This document shows positions 11,450 to 20,818 of a stretch of 64,000 nt of DNA, in pieces. The notes under the pieces were generated by a model that searched no databases, was not told where the DNA came from, and saw nothing but the letters and a program-made list of their open reading frames with translations. A program made the translations under genes and the position numbers. The stretch spans positions 11,264 through 75,263 of the forward strand of contig CANPFO010000001.1 in NCBI GenBank assembly GCA_947573555.1, written 5' to 3'. The DNA is from an uncultured Clostridium sp. Lineage in GTDB: Bacteria > Bacillota > Clostridia > TANB77 > CAG-508. Every line of letters begins with the position of its first letter. Within the stretch, counting starts at the first letter, position 1.

Positions 11450-11986
11450 ATGTCTAGAAACAAAAAAATTATACTAACAGCTATACTTTTAGCAGCACTT
11501 ATCATATTATCACGATTCTTATCTATAAAAACGCCGTTACTAAAAATCAGCTTTGCATTTATTCCAACTATGTTGTGTGCAATATGGTTAGGTCCTAAAT
11601 GGACTGTATTATTAAATGTTTTAGGAGATATTATAGGAGCAACATTATTTCCAACAGGAGCATTTTTTATAGGCTACACTATAAGCACTGCTATTGCAGG
11701 ACTTATTTATGGATTATTACTTTATAAGAAAGAAGCTAATACATATAAAGATAAACAATTTATAATAAGGTTAATTATTTCTGTAATATTAGTTACTTGT
11801 ATTTCAAATATAGGACTAAATACATTGTGGATAAGCATTACTACAGGAAAAGCATTCATAGTATTACTTGGAACAAGAATTGTAAAAGAACTTGTTATGA
11901 TTCCGATTCATATAATTGTAATTTTATTTGTTGAAAAAATGTTAAGAAAACCTTTTGACACATATATAAGGAGTAGCAATGATTAA
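11450..11986 (+). CDS. ECF transporter substrate-specific (S) component
   Basis: 178 aa with 5-6 TM helices and a basic C-terminus. Directly followed by EcfA-like and EcfT-like genes. Confidence 0.65.
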   Translation: MSRNKKIILTAILLAALIILSRFLSIKTPLLKISFAFIPTMLCAIWLGPKWTVLLNVLGDIIGATLFPTGAFFIGYTISTAIAGLIYGLLLYKKEANTYKDKQFIIRLIISVILVTCISNIGLNTLWISITTGKAFIVLLGTRIVKELVMIPIHIIVILFVEKMLRKPFDTYIRSSND

Positions 11987-12797
11987 AGTAGAAAATGTTT
12001 CATTTAAATATAAAAATAGTGATAACAAGATATTAGATAATTTAAATTTTGAAGTTAAAGATGGAGAAATAGTTTCCCTTGTTGGACAAAATGGTTCTGG
12101 GAAATCTACTATTGGAAAATTGATTGCTGGAATTATAAAATTAAAACAAGGAAATATTACTATTGATGACTTGAAGATAAAAGATAAGAAACTTCAAGAT
12201 AAAATTGGAATTGTTTTTCAAAATCCTGAAAATCAAATTATATTTAATAATATTTATGATGAACTTTCTTTTTCACTAAAAGGTCTTGAAAAAACAGAAA
12301 TTGAAAATAGAATAGAAAACAGTTTAAAACAAGTTGGAATGTTAGAATATAAAAATAATGATTTGTATTCACTCTCATTAGGTCAAAAACAACGAATTAT
12401 GATTGCAGAAGTTTTAGCGAAAAAGCCTAAGTATATTATTTTTGATGAGCCAACAACAATGATTGATAGTAAAGGAAAAGAAAGTATTTACCACATAATA
12501 GAAAGTTTAAAAAATGAGGGTTATACTATAATATGTATCACTAACGTAGCAGATGAAATTCTCATTGCTGATAGAACTTTAATATTGCAAAAGGGAAAAA
12601 TAGCACATGAAATAAAAAAGGAAGATTTAATAAATAAATCTTATTTATTAGCAGAAAATGGAATTAAAGAACCTATATTACTTGAAATTTTAAATAAACT
12701 AAAAGAAAACGAAATTATTTTAGATATGAAAGATTTTACAGTAAGTGAACTAGTATATAAGCTGAAGGGAAAAATGAAAAATGAAAAATGTAATTAA
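11979..12797 (+). CDS. ECF transporter ATPase (EcfA/CbiO-like ABC ATPase)
   Basis: Walker A GQNGSGKST, signature LSLGQKQR, Walker B IIFDEPT. Confidence 0.8.
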   Translation: MIKVENVSFKYKNSDNKILDNLNFEVKDGEIVSLVGQNGSGKSTIGKLIAGIIKLKQGNITIDDLKIKDKKLQDKIGIVFQNPENQIIFNNIYDELSFSLKGLEKTEIENRIENSLKQVGMLEYKNNDLYSLSLGQKQRIMIAEVLAKKPKYIIFDEPTTMIDSKGKESIYHIIESLKNEGYTIICITNVADEILIADRTLILQKGKIAHEIKKEDLINKSYLLAENGIKEPILLEILNKLKENEIILDMKDFTVSELVYKLKGKMKNEKCN

Positions 12798-13348
12798 GTT
12801 TTTGTTGTTTATCATATATAGTACAAGTATATTCTTTTTACCTAACAATCACTTTATATTGCTTTTTGTTATGTTTAACTTACTTATAATGTTTTTAAAT
12901 AAGATACAACCTAAAAAAGTCCTTGATAAAAGTTTACAAGTACTACCATTTATTGTTTTTACTTTTATCATTAACTGTATCCTAGATAATTTTTTTAATG
13001 CATTATGGATAGGAATTAAGTTACTTATCGTATGTAATATAACAATTGTATATTCCGAAACCACAAGTATTGCACGGTATAGCAGAAACAATAAAATTAA
13101 TATGCTCTCCTCTTACGTTTTTTAAAGTTAATACAGATGAGATTAAAGTAATGGTCTGTATTTCCTTATCTATAATTCCTGTATTAAAAAAAGATTTGTA
13201 TGAAGTTAAAGAAGCTTGTATAGCAAAAAATATTACTTTTAATGTAAAAAATATGAAGATAATCTTGTCAAAGTTTTTCTTATCACTCATAGCAAGAGTT
13301 AATGAAATAGAAGAATCATTGATTGCGAAAGGATATAGTAATGAATAG
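12781..13348 (+). pseudogene. ECF transporter T component (EcfT/CbiQ-like), split by an apparent +1 frameshift near 13040-13050
   Basis: Two overlapping ORFs in frames 1 and 2 (12781-13125, 13046-13348). The downstream part carries the EcfT-like ...LIARVNEIEESLIAKGY motif. Confidence 0.5.
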
Positions 13349-13631
13349 GAGTTCATAATTTATAAAGAGTATTAAAAAAATAATAATCCTATTATAATTA
13401 GAACTTATGAAAATTATCTATTTGCTTAAAAATTGTATTTATACTATTGCAATTTATTAAGAATGTGATATACTTTAATAAATTGATTGATATTTGTATC
13501 AATCGTTAAGAGAGAAAAAAGTTGTAGATAACTACGACGTTCGCTCCAATTTATAGCAACTTATGGACTGTAAAAGGTTTGTGAGTTTTTATTTTATATA
13601 ATTAGTTCTCTTTCTAGGAAGGAGGACTTTT

Positions 13632-13826
13632 TTGATGTTGGAATTTAAAAATACTGAAACATTAAAACCAAATACTGAAATTTTAGAAGCAATTAAAGAC
13701 TACACTTACAAAGTTAAAAAAGGAGCAATAAGACATTTATTACATACTAATTTGCAAGTTATAGAGCCTACTGAATATCTAATTACAGATTTTAAAGAAA
13801 TTGAAAATTTACGCCCAAAGAGATAA
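13632..13826 (+). CDS. Small hypothetical protein, paralog of 6907-7179 (start of the decayed second element copy)
   Basis: GAIRHLLHTNLQVIEPTEYLITDF versus GSIRKLEKTNLTYIEPHRVIIKDI. Confidence 0.4.
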   Translation: MMLEFKNTETLKPNTEILEAIKDYTYKVKKGAIRHLLHTNLQVIEPTEYLITDFKEIENLRPKR

Positions 13827-13828
13827 TG

Positions 13829-14059
<231 letters not shown>

Positions 14060-14109
14060 ATGTTTATAACCTGCCAACAAAAAACATCAGCAGGTTATAA
14101 GGAGATTTC

Positions 14110-14766
14110 CTATTTACTTTCAATTTTTATTAGCGTTAACAAGGCCCGTACTGCCACAGTTATATGTTCAGCAGTCAGGAGTGCAGTTGTAATTATTTGT
14201 ACAAACATTCCAAGAAGATTAAATGGAAAGATGTTATACACATAGAATGGTAAAATGGCTGTTATAATTTCAGGAATATGAAAGCTAAAAAGGTTCAAAC
14301 ATATTGATGAAACTAATTGGAAAGTTACAATCGTGGCTAATAAGTTAGTACCACAAGAACCATGTATCCGTGAACATCTTTTAATACTTTCAATATCATT
14401 TCCTCCATTCTTTTTTGAATACCAGTGTGCTACTTTGTGTTCTGCTCCATGATACATACGCATTTCGCGATTCGCTAGCATAACTAATATTTCAATTAAG
14501 AATAATCCAGTGAAAATAAATGCAGGAACATGATACAGCCACCTTGGTAAATCCAAAAGAAAACCAAATTCTTTGAACAGGGAACATATGCAAATGACTT
14601 TTAGCAATTTCATCATTGTTTTCAACTGTTCAACTGAATCAACCTCTTTTGTTACGATTGTGCCATCCTCCTGCCGAACTACCTCAATTCCTTTATTTCT
14701 TTTTTTAAGAAAGAAATAAACAGAGTTTGTGCTAGATGAACCACCTAATAGTTTTAACTTTGCCAT
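14110..14766 (-). CDS. DUF1385 (YqhQ-like) family protein
   Basis: YHGAEHK motif, a GG-rich N-terminus and hydrophobic C-terminal segments. Confidence 0.55.
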   Translation of the reverse strand: MAKLKLLGGSSSTNSVYFFLKKRNKGIEVVRQEDGTIVTKEVDSVEQLKTMMKLLKVICICSLFKEFGFLLDLPRWLYHVPAFIFTGLFLIEILVMLANREMRMYHGAEHKVAHWYSKKNGGNDIESIKRCSRIHGSCGTNLLATIVTFQLVSSICLNLFSFHIPEIITAILPFYVYNIFPFNLLGMFVQIITTALLTAEHITVAVRALLTLIKIESK

Positions 14767-14939
14767 GATGTGATCTCATCGCGGTCAAGAACCATATCCA
14801 TGCAGTTAGGAATACTTTCGTATTCACAACCACAATAGGAGCATTTTGTAGTTTCATGACCGAAAAAGCCCAATCCTCCAAGATGATGTTGTTGTACCTT
14901 TCCGCATTTAGGACATTTTGTGTCTGCAAAATAGCTCAT
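14754..14939 (-). CDS. Small zinc-ribbon protein (CxxC...CxxC), translationally coupled to DUF1385
   Basis: CPKCGK...CSYCGC. Overlaps the downstream gene by 13 nt. GC-rich (~40%) relative to its surroundings. Confidence 0.5.
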   Translation of the reverse strand: MSYFADTKCPKCGKVQQHHLGGLGFFGHETTKCSYCGCEYESIPNCMDMVLDRDEITSWQS

Positions 14940-14941
14940 AA

Positions 14942-15012
14942 ATTTTACCTCCTTAATTTTTCGGAGGCTGTTGCCCCCGAATTTTAAAATATTGGGGACA
15001 CCAACAATGTTT
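14942..15012 (-). promoter_or_regulatory. GC-rich structured leader: 7-bp hairpin (UGUCCCC...GGGGGCA) followed by a CCUCC/GGAGG SD-sequestering hairpin
   Basis: Minus-strand RNA GUUGGUGUCCCCAAUAUUUUAAAAUUCGGGGGCAACAGCCUCCGAAAAAUUAAGGAGGUAAAAUUUAUG. Confidence 0.3.
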
Positions 15013-15255
15013 ACATTTTTATTTCAACATATATTTACATAAAATACAAGTTATTATGCCAAAAATACATATACGAACTTTATATAGCATTATTTATATA
15101 TTAATTAACTCTTTAAATATAATTTCTTCAACACAATGCTTATAGTTATTCATAAGACCAGTCCATTTTAAAGGGTCAGTATTTTTCAAGTTTTCATTAA
15201 TAAGATTTTTCTTTAGCATTTGTTTCATAAGTATTTAAAATCTTTGTTTGGCTTG

Positions 15256-15511
15256 TGCTACGAAGAAACTTCAAAGGAGGGATTAACTTTACTAAAATTA
15301 TTCCAGAATTCAAAATAGTATGTTAAAAGAAATTAACGAAGAATATAGAACTACTCTTATAAATTTTGCAAAATATAATCTTATAATGTTTGCAATGGCT
15401 AAGATTATCGAAATGACAAAGGAAGAACTGGTAGAACTCCAATACTGTTTGGCAGAGAAACACCAAAAACAAGTTTGCTTACCATTGGTATCCAAAACGG
15501 TTCTGGAGTAA
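15256..15511 (+). pseudogene. Decayed element copy: mob-upstream sequence fused directly to an orfX paralog (mob gene deleted)
   Basis: 15256-15282 tgtgctacgaagaaacttcaaaggagg matches 9475-9505 (mob RBS region). 15320-15511 encodes MLKEINEEYRTTLINFAKYNLIMFAMAKIIEMTKEE, a paralog of 11063-11215. Confidence 0.5.
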
Positions 15512-15599
15512 TCATGCTTTAGTTTATGATGAGTCTGCGATTGACTCTGAAAGAAACTGAATCTACAATCTATTGGATAAAGTAACATAGGAGAAAAAG

Positions 15600-16517
15600 A
15601 TGGAACAAGAAAATAGAAAATACATAGCAATAATATCGTTTTTTAGAAAATTTATAAGAGTTTTCTTTAACTTATTTTTTAACATATATATATTAAAAAT
15701 AGTAAACAATGATTTAAGTTTTATAATAAAATATACACTATTCGGAGTATTTGCAGAATTTATAATTTGCTATACAATATTAAAATTCATTAATTCCAAA
15801 AATGCAAAAACTATCTACAAAGCGAGTTTTCCTTTGCTAATATTAAATATACTGGCATTATTAGTATTTAAGGAAAATATAATTAACTACATTTTTCTAT
15901 TTAAAATATTAGAAAGACTAGCAGAAGTATGTTATTCAATGCCATATGAATTAGTAGTAATTAGCTCAAACAATAATAACACTATAAGTAACTTTATGGC
16001 AAATATAAATATACTTTCAAGTATCGCAACAATATTAACTCCTATTTTTTCAGGCTTTATAATACAAAATTTTTCTTATTATATGTTATTTGTTATCTTA
16101 ATATTAGAAACATTAATTATTATTGCAATATCATTCAAAATAAAAGATTTTACAGTTAGCGACAAAAAGCTAGAATTAAAAGAATATTTTAAGATAACTA
16201 AAAATAAAAAATATATACAAGATATTTATAAATGCATGTTTTATAGAAGAATATCATCTCAAGGAGCTATAACAGAATTATTACCAATAATATTATTTTT
16301 AAAATTAGGAACAGAGATGAACTTAGGTACATATAATTCAGCATTTGCAATCCTTTCAATAATATCATTACAAATATTAAAAATACTAAACAATAAAAAG
16401 ATAAAAAAAGACTTCTACCCAAGCTTAGCAATTATAATATTTTTATCCTCATTATTAGTAGTATATAATTCAAGCTTTATTACATTGCTAATATACTACA
16501 TTTTAATGAACCTATAA
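15600..16517 (+). CDS. Polytopic membrane protein, MFS-like N-terminal half; possibly disrupted (continues in another frame to ~16700)
   Basis: About 8 predicted TM helices in 305 aa. After the stop, the downstream frame reads MTIGQIISYSLIYILYNYFYDVNILAISVSILMFFLIISAIYLKR. Confidence 0.35.
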   Translation: MEQENRKYIAIISFFRKFIRVFFNLFFNIYILKIVNNDLSFIIKYTLFGVFAEFIICYTILKFINSKNAKTIYKASFPLLILNILALLVFKENIINYIFLFKILERLAEVCYSMPYELVVISSNNNNTISNFMANINILSSIATILTPIFSGFIIQNFSYYMLFVILILETLIIIAISFKIKDFTVSDKKLELKEYFKITKNKKYIQDIYKCMFYRRISSQGAITELLPIILFLKLGTEMNLGTYNSAFAILSIISLQILKILNNKKIKKDFYPSLAIIIFLSSLLVVYNSSFITLLIYYILMNL

Positions 16518-17131
16518 TATTTATATGACAATAGGGCAGATAATTAGTTATAGTCTAATATATATATTATATAATTATTTTTATGATGTAAATATATTAG
16601 CAATATCTGTTTCAATATTAATGTTTTTCTTAATAATATCAGCAATATACTTGAAAAGAACAGAAAATTATTTAAAGAATAATGAGCAAGTTAATTAAAA
16701 ATATAAAGAGCATAAATTCACACCTATGCTCTTTGTTTAATATCTAGACCTTTTTTATTATCTTTCTCTTTAATTCTTTAAAGTTATTTGTACCTATATG
16801 ACTACATAATGTTAAAGAACTGAATAAACAATTTTCATGTGCATATTCATCCCACTCTTTTTGTGTACAATCTGGATTTTTCTTTATATACTTAATAAAT
16901 TCTTTTTTACTTTTTTTATAATAATTAATCATATATACAGTATTTACTTTTTCTATGTTTTTATACCCAAGCCAGAGCTACCTAAGGAAAAATTCATCCT
17001 CTTAATTGACTTTTTATTAAAAATATTATATAATAAACTTATAATAATTGCTATCGGCCTTTGTTTTAAGTAGACTTCGTATTGCATTTAGAAACTTGTC
17101 AACCTATTAAATATTTTCGGAGGTATTAAAA

Positions 17132-17368
17132 ATGATTTACTTGAGCATTCAAAAATTAACACAGGATCTTCGGAAGCTGAACCCAGAAATCGACTTTGAT
17201 TTCCGGTTGGATATGTATCCAGCAACAATAATTGTTAAATCGTTTTATATTAAAGATTTAGTTTTACCCAACGGCTTCCATTTTAATGGAAGCAATGAAA
17301 TCTCTGATAATTCTCGGAGCTTTAAGATAATGACAGAATACGAATATATGTCCTCTGCATGGGCTTAA
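17132..17368 (+). CDS. Small hypothetical protein
   Basis: RBS cggagg 8 nt upstream. Followed by the hairpin terminator at 17375-17410 (gtccccatta...taatggggac). Confidence 0.4.
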   Translation: MIYLSIQKLTQDLRKLNPEIDFDFRLDMYPATIIVKSFYIKDLVLPNGFHFNGSNEISDNSRSFKIMTEYEYMSSAWA

Positions 17369-17408
17369 GTACAAAGGCAAGTCCCCATTAATATAATGGG
17401 GACTTTTC

Positions 17409-19394
17409 CTAATTTCTACAGATTTTTTCTATTAAATCAACTGACCTTTCTACTCCTAAAGCATCACTATTAATACAAATATCATAATTTTTACAATCAT
17501 TCCACTCCCTATCTGTATAGTGTTTATAATGATTAGCTCTTAATTTATTAATTCTATTAACTTCTTTTTCTGCCTTTTTGTCTTCAATGCCATAAAATTC
17601 TATTGCCCTTTTTATTTTATCTTTCATATTACTATAAATAAATACTTTTATAACATTTTCTCTATCTCTTAAAATGAAATCTGCACATCTTCCTACTATA
17701 ACACAAGACTCAGTATCAGCTAATTTTTTTATAAATTCAGATTCTGCAATAAATATCTCATCAGCATTATTCATTCCAAAATAATAACCATTATTCAAAT
17801 TTTCTAAAACATCTCTCTTTTGTTCATTATCTTCTATATATTGTTCCGATAATCCTGTTTCTTCAGCAATCTTGGTAATGAAGTTTTTGTCATACAATTT
17901 TATACCTAATTTATCTGCAATAAGCTTACCTATATACCTTCCACCAGATCCATATTCCCTTGATATTGTAATTACTACATTTTTATTTAATTTATTGCCA
18001 TTACTTTCATCATTTATGATTTTTCTATTATCTTGTACAACTTTACTTAATTCTTTAGATTCTTTTACTAAAAATATAACTGCTAATATAAAAGATATTG
18101 CATCTGCAACTGGACCTGCATATAAAATTCCCATAAGCCCAAATATATTACTTAATATTATCATTGCTGGTATTAGAAATATAATTTGTCTTGATAATGA
18201 TAATATTGCACTTTTGGCACTTTTTCCAATCGCTTGAAAGAATATTCCTGATGGTATTTGTATTCCATTACAAATACATAATGATAAATATATTCTAAAT
18301 GTCAAACAAGCAAATTCTATATATTTTTCATCTCCACTTCCAAATATTGAAATTAGTTTGTCTGGAATTGCTTGGAACAAAATAAATGCTATTGTACTTA
18401 TAATCAAACTAGTTCTTAGAACAACATTTAAAGTTTCTTTTACTCTATCAAATCTTCTAGCACCATAATTATATCCAAAAATTGGTTGTGATCCAACTAC
18501 TAATCCAATTATAATACTGTTTAAAATTTGACTTATCTTCATAACTATTCCCAAAACAGTAATTGGAATTTCTGAACCATATTCAGATTCTACTCCATAT
18601 TTTCCAAGCAAATTATTTTCTATTGCCATAACAAAAACAAAACTCATTTGTGTAATAAAACTACTTATTCCTAGTACCAATATTTTTCTAGCAACATTAA
18701 ATTTAATTTTTATTGCATTAATATCAAACTCAATTGATTTAAATTTTTTAATATATATAATATTAAATATAAATGTAACAAACTGACTTATTACTGTTGC
18801 AATTGCAGCCCCTTCTACTCCCATTTTAAACACAAAAATAAATATTGGGTCTAAAATAGTATTTAACACAGCACCTGATACCATTGTTATCATTGAATAT
18901 TTTGGACTTCCATCTGCTCTGATAATTGAATTTAAAGTAGTACCTATCATCATAAATGGTAATCCTACTGCTATAATTTTTCCATATGAAGTTGCGTAAT
19001 CTCTTAACAAATCTGTACATCCAAATATATATAATAGTTGAGGTAAAAATATTAATGTACCAGAACATAATAACAACGATATTATTACTGATACCATTAT
19101 TCCATTTCCTACACCTCTTTTTGCTTCTTCTTTCTTCCTTTCACCAAGTTTTAAGCTTAAATATGCTGATGTACCATCTCCTATCATTAGTGCAAATGCT
19201 AATGCAACCATAGTTATTGGAAACACTATATTTGTCGCACCATTTCCTAAATAGCCTACTCCCCAACCTATAAAAATTTGGTCTACAATGTTATACAGTG
19301 AATTTACTAACATTGATATTATACATGGGATTGAAAATTTTCTTATTAATTTTCCTATTTTCTCAGTTCCTAATATGTTTTCTTCTTTTTCCAA
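17409..19394 (-). CDS. MATE-family efflux transporter fused to a C-terminal cytidylate-kinase-like (PF13189-type) domain
   Basis: Residues ~1-450 have 12 TM segments and a MATE-like N-terminus (KLIRKFSIPCIISMLVNSLYNIVDQIFIGWGVG). Residues ~465-661 have ITISREYGSGGRYIGKLIADKLGIKLYD, the cytidylate-kinase-like family signature. Confidence 0.7.
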   Translation of the reverse strand: MEKEENILGTEKIGKLIRKFSIPCIISMLVNSLYNIVDQIFIGWGVGYLGNGATNIVFPITMVALAFALMIGDGTSAYLSLKLGERKKEEAKRGVGNGIMVSVIISLLLCSGTLIFLPQLLYIFGCTDLLRDYATSYGKIIAVGLPFMMIGTTLNSIIRADGSPKYSMITMVSGAVLNTILDPIFIFVFKMGVEGAAIATVISQFVTFIFNIIYIKKFKSIEFDINAIKIKFNVARKILVLGISSFITQMSFVFVMAIENNLLGKYGVESEYGSEIPITVLGIVMKISQILNSIIIGLVVGSQPIFGYNYGARRFDRVKETLNVVLRTSLIISTIAFILFQAIPDKLISIFGSGDEKYIEFACLTFRIYLSLCICNGIQIPSGIFFQAIGKSAKSAILSLSRQIIFLIPAMIILSNIFGLMGILYAGPVADAISFILAVIFLVKESKELSKVVQDNRKIINDESNGNKLNKNVVITISREYGSGGRYIGKLIADKLGIKLYDKNFITKIAEETGLSEQYIEDNEQKRDVLENLNNGYYFGMNNADEIFIAESEFIKKLADTESCVIVGRCADFILRDRENVIKVFIYSNMKDKIKRAIEFYGIEDKKAEKEVNRINKLRANHYKHYTDREWNDCKNYDICINSDALGVERSVDLIEKICRN

Positions 19395-19575
19395 CTTTCT
19401 CTCCTCCTTTTATTAACATCCCAATAGTTAATTTCTATTTGGGCATTTTTAACCTTAACATTTTACTTTTTATTTTTTTAAATGTCAAGTAATAAAACTA
19501 AATATTCATTATTAAAAGATTAGTAGTGTTACTGGTAAGCCTAATTTGTAATATATTTAATACAGTTCTTTGCTA

Positions 19576-19706
19576 GTCAAAATGCTACTAAGATTAATAA
19601 TGTTATATATTAATATTTTAGTCAAAAACATATCTAGGGTCTACCATTGGGTCTTTGACTTCAAAATATTAATATATAACATTATTAATCTTAGTAGCAT
19701 TTTGAC
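19576..19706. repeat. Perfect 44-bp inverted repeat forming a hairpin around a 41-bp loop element; the loop sequence recurs inverted at 25026-25065
   Basis: gtcaaaatgctactaagattaataatgttatatattaatatttta [agtcaaaaacatatctagggtctaccattgggtctttgact] followed by the reverse complement of the arm. Confidence 0.7.
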
Positions 19707-19754
19707 TTATCATATAAGATAGTAAATATTAGTTAACATATTATTATCTTGAAA

Positions 19755-19795
19755 AAGGACCTATACATTAATCTGTATAGGTCCTTTTTCTCTCG
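19755..19795. terminator. Bidirectional rho-independent terminator (aaaaaggacctatacag...ctgtataggtccttttt)
   Basis: Perfect 14-bp stem flanked by A and T runs, immediately 3' of the SCIFF gene. Confidence 0.6.
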
Positions 19796-19809
19796 AACCG
19801 CCTTAATAC

Positions 19810-19968
19810 CTACGCGTTCTTCTTTGTGGCTGCTTTCTCGCACTTCTGATTTGCGATTCCACAAGAAGTCTTGCAAGCTGACTGGCAAGATGTCTGACAC
19901 TCACCGCAGCCGCCATTCTTCATGCTTTCACATAAATTTTTGGTCTTCAAGGTCTTAATACGTTTCAT
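19810..19968 (-). CDS. scfA: SCIFF (six-cysteines-in-forty-five) ranthipeptide precursor
   Basis: Reverse-strand ORF missed by the track (<60 aa): MKRIKTLKTKNLCESMKNGGCGECQTSCQSACKTSCGIANQKCEKAATKKNA, with RBS aggtggtg. This matches the SCIFF hallmark GGCGECQTSCQSACKTSC. Locally GC-rich. Confidence 0.8.
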   Translation of the reverse strand: MKRIKTLKTKNLCESMKNGGCGECQTSCQSACKTSCGIANQKCEKAATKKNA

Positions 19969-20094
19969 AATTTCTTCACCACCTTATAATATGTGCGTGA
20001 TTTACAGTTACATTGCTATAAAATACTTAGCATACCTAATATTATATACTATATATGTAATAAAGTCAATAAAATTATGTAAATTTCATAATTC

Positions 20095-20754
20095 TCATTT
20101 CTTTAACTCATCAATAATTACCTTATAATCTCTAGCCATCAAAATAGCAGTACCAGAAACTAATATATTCGCACCAGCATTTTTAACAGCATCAGCAGTC
20201 TTTAAATTAATTCCACCATCAGCTTCTATATCAATTTCTATTTTATTTTTATTTACATATTCCTTTAAACATGCTATCTTATCTACCATATCTATCAAAA
20301 GAGTCTGTCCTCCCTTTCCAGGTTCAACTGTCATAACTAAGCACATATGAATATATGGTAAAAACTCATATATTTCTTCTATATTAGTATCTGGTTTTAC
20401 ACTTAATCCAACCTTACAATTATTCTCTTTTATTTTGTTTATAAAATTCATTACTTCTACTTTATCCTTACAAGCCTCATAATGAAATGTTATTATATTA
20501 GGATTAACAGCTAAAAAATCCTCAATCGCATCATCTATATTTTCAACCATTAAATGAACATCTAATGGTAAATTAGATATTCTTTTGATATATGATGCAT
20601 ATTCTAGCATCTTATTATATGTATCTTTTTCTACAAACTTTCCATCCATAACATCTATATGAAAATAATCTGTTTTAGCTTTTTCTAATCCAAAAAATGT
20701 TTTTGATTCTTCTCCTTTTATCACTGAAAGTATTGATGTTGAAATCTCTACCAT
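20095..20754 (-). CDS. rpe: Ribulose-phosphate 3-epimerase
   Basis: Homology to Rpe begins at MVEISTSILS (RBS gaaggagg), with HIDVMDG, a TIM-barrel body and GADGGIN. The track ORF carries a spurious 31-aa N-terminal extension. Confidence 0.85.
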   Translation of the reverse strand: MVEISTSILSVIKGEESKTFFGLEKAKTDYFHIDVMDGKFVEKDTYNKMLEYASYIKRISNLPLDVHLMVENIDDAIEDFLAVNPNIITFHYEACKDKVEVMNFINKIKENNCKVGLSVKPDTNIEEIYEFLPYIHMCLVMTVEPGKGGQTLLIDMVDKIACLKEYVNKNKIEIDIEADGGINLKTADAVKNAGANILVSGTAILMARDYKVIIDELKK

Positions 20755-20818
20755 TTTATTCTCCTCCTTCAATAGGGACGGTTCCGATTGGACATTTTGT
20801 CCAATTTGGGACACATCT

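Noticed and set aside
13520-13545. 'acgacgttcgctccaa' as a degenerate second tRNA 3' end
   Set aside because: No cloverleaf can be built upstream of it. It is better read as an att-core-like junction echo (see the element findings).
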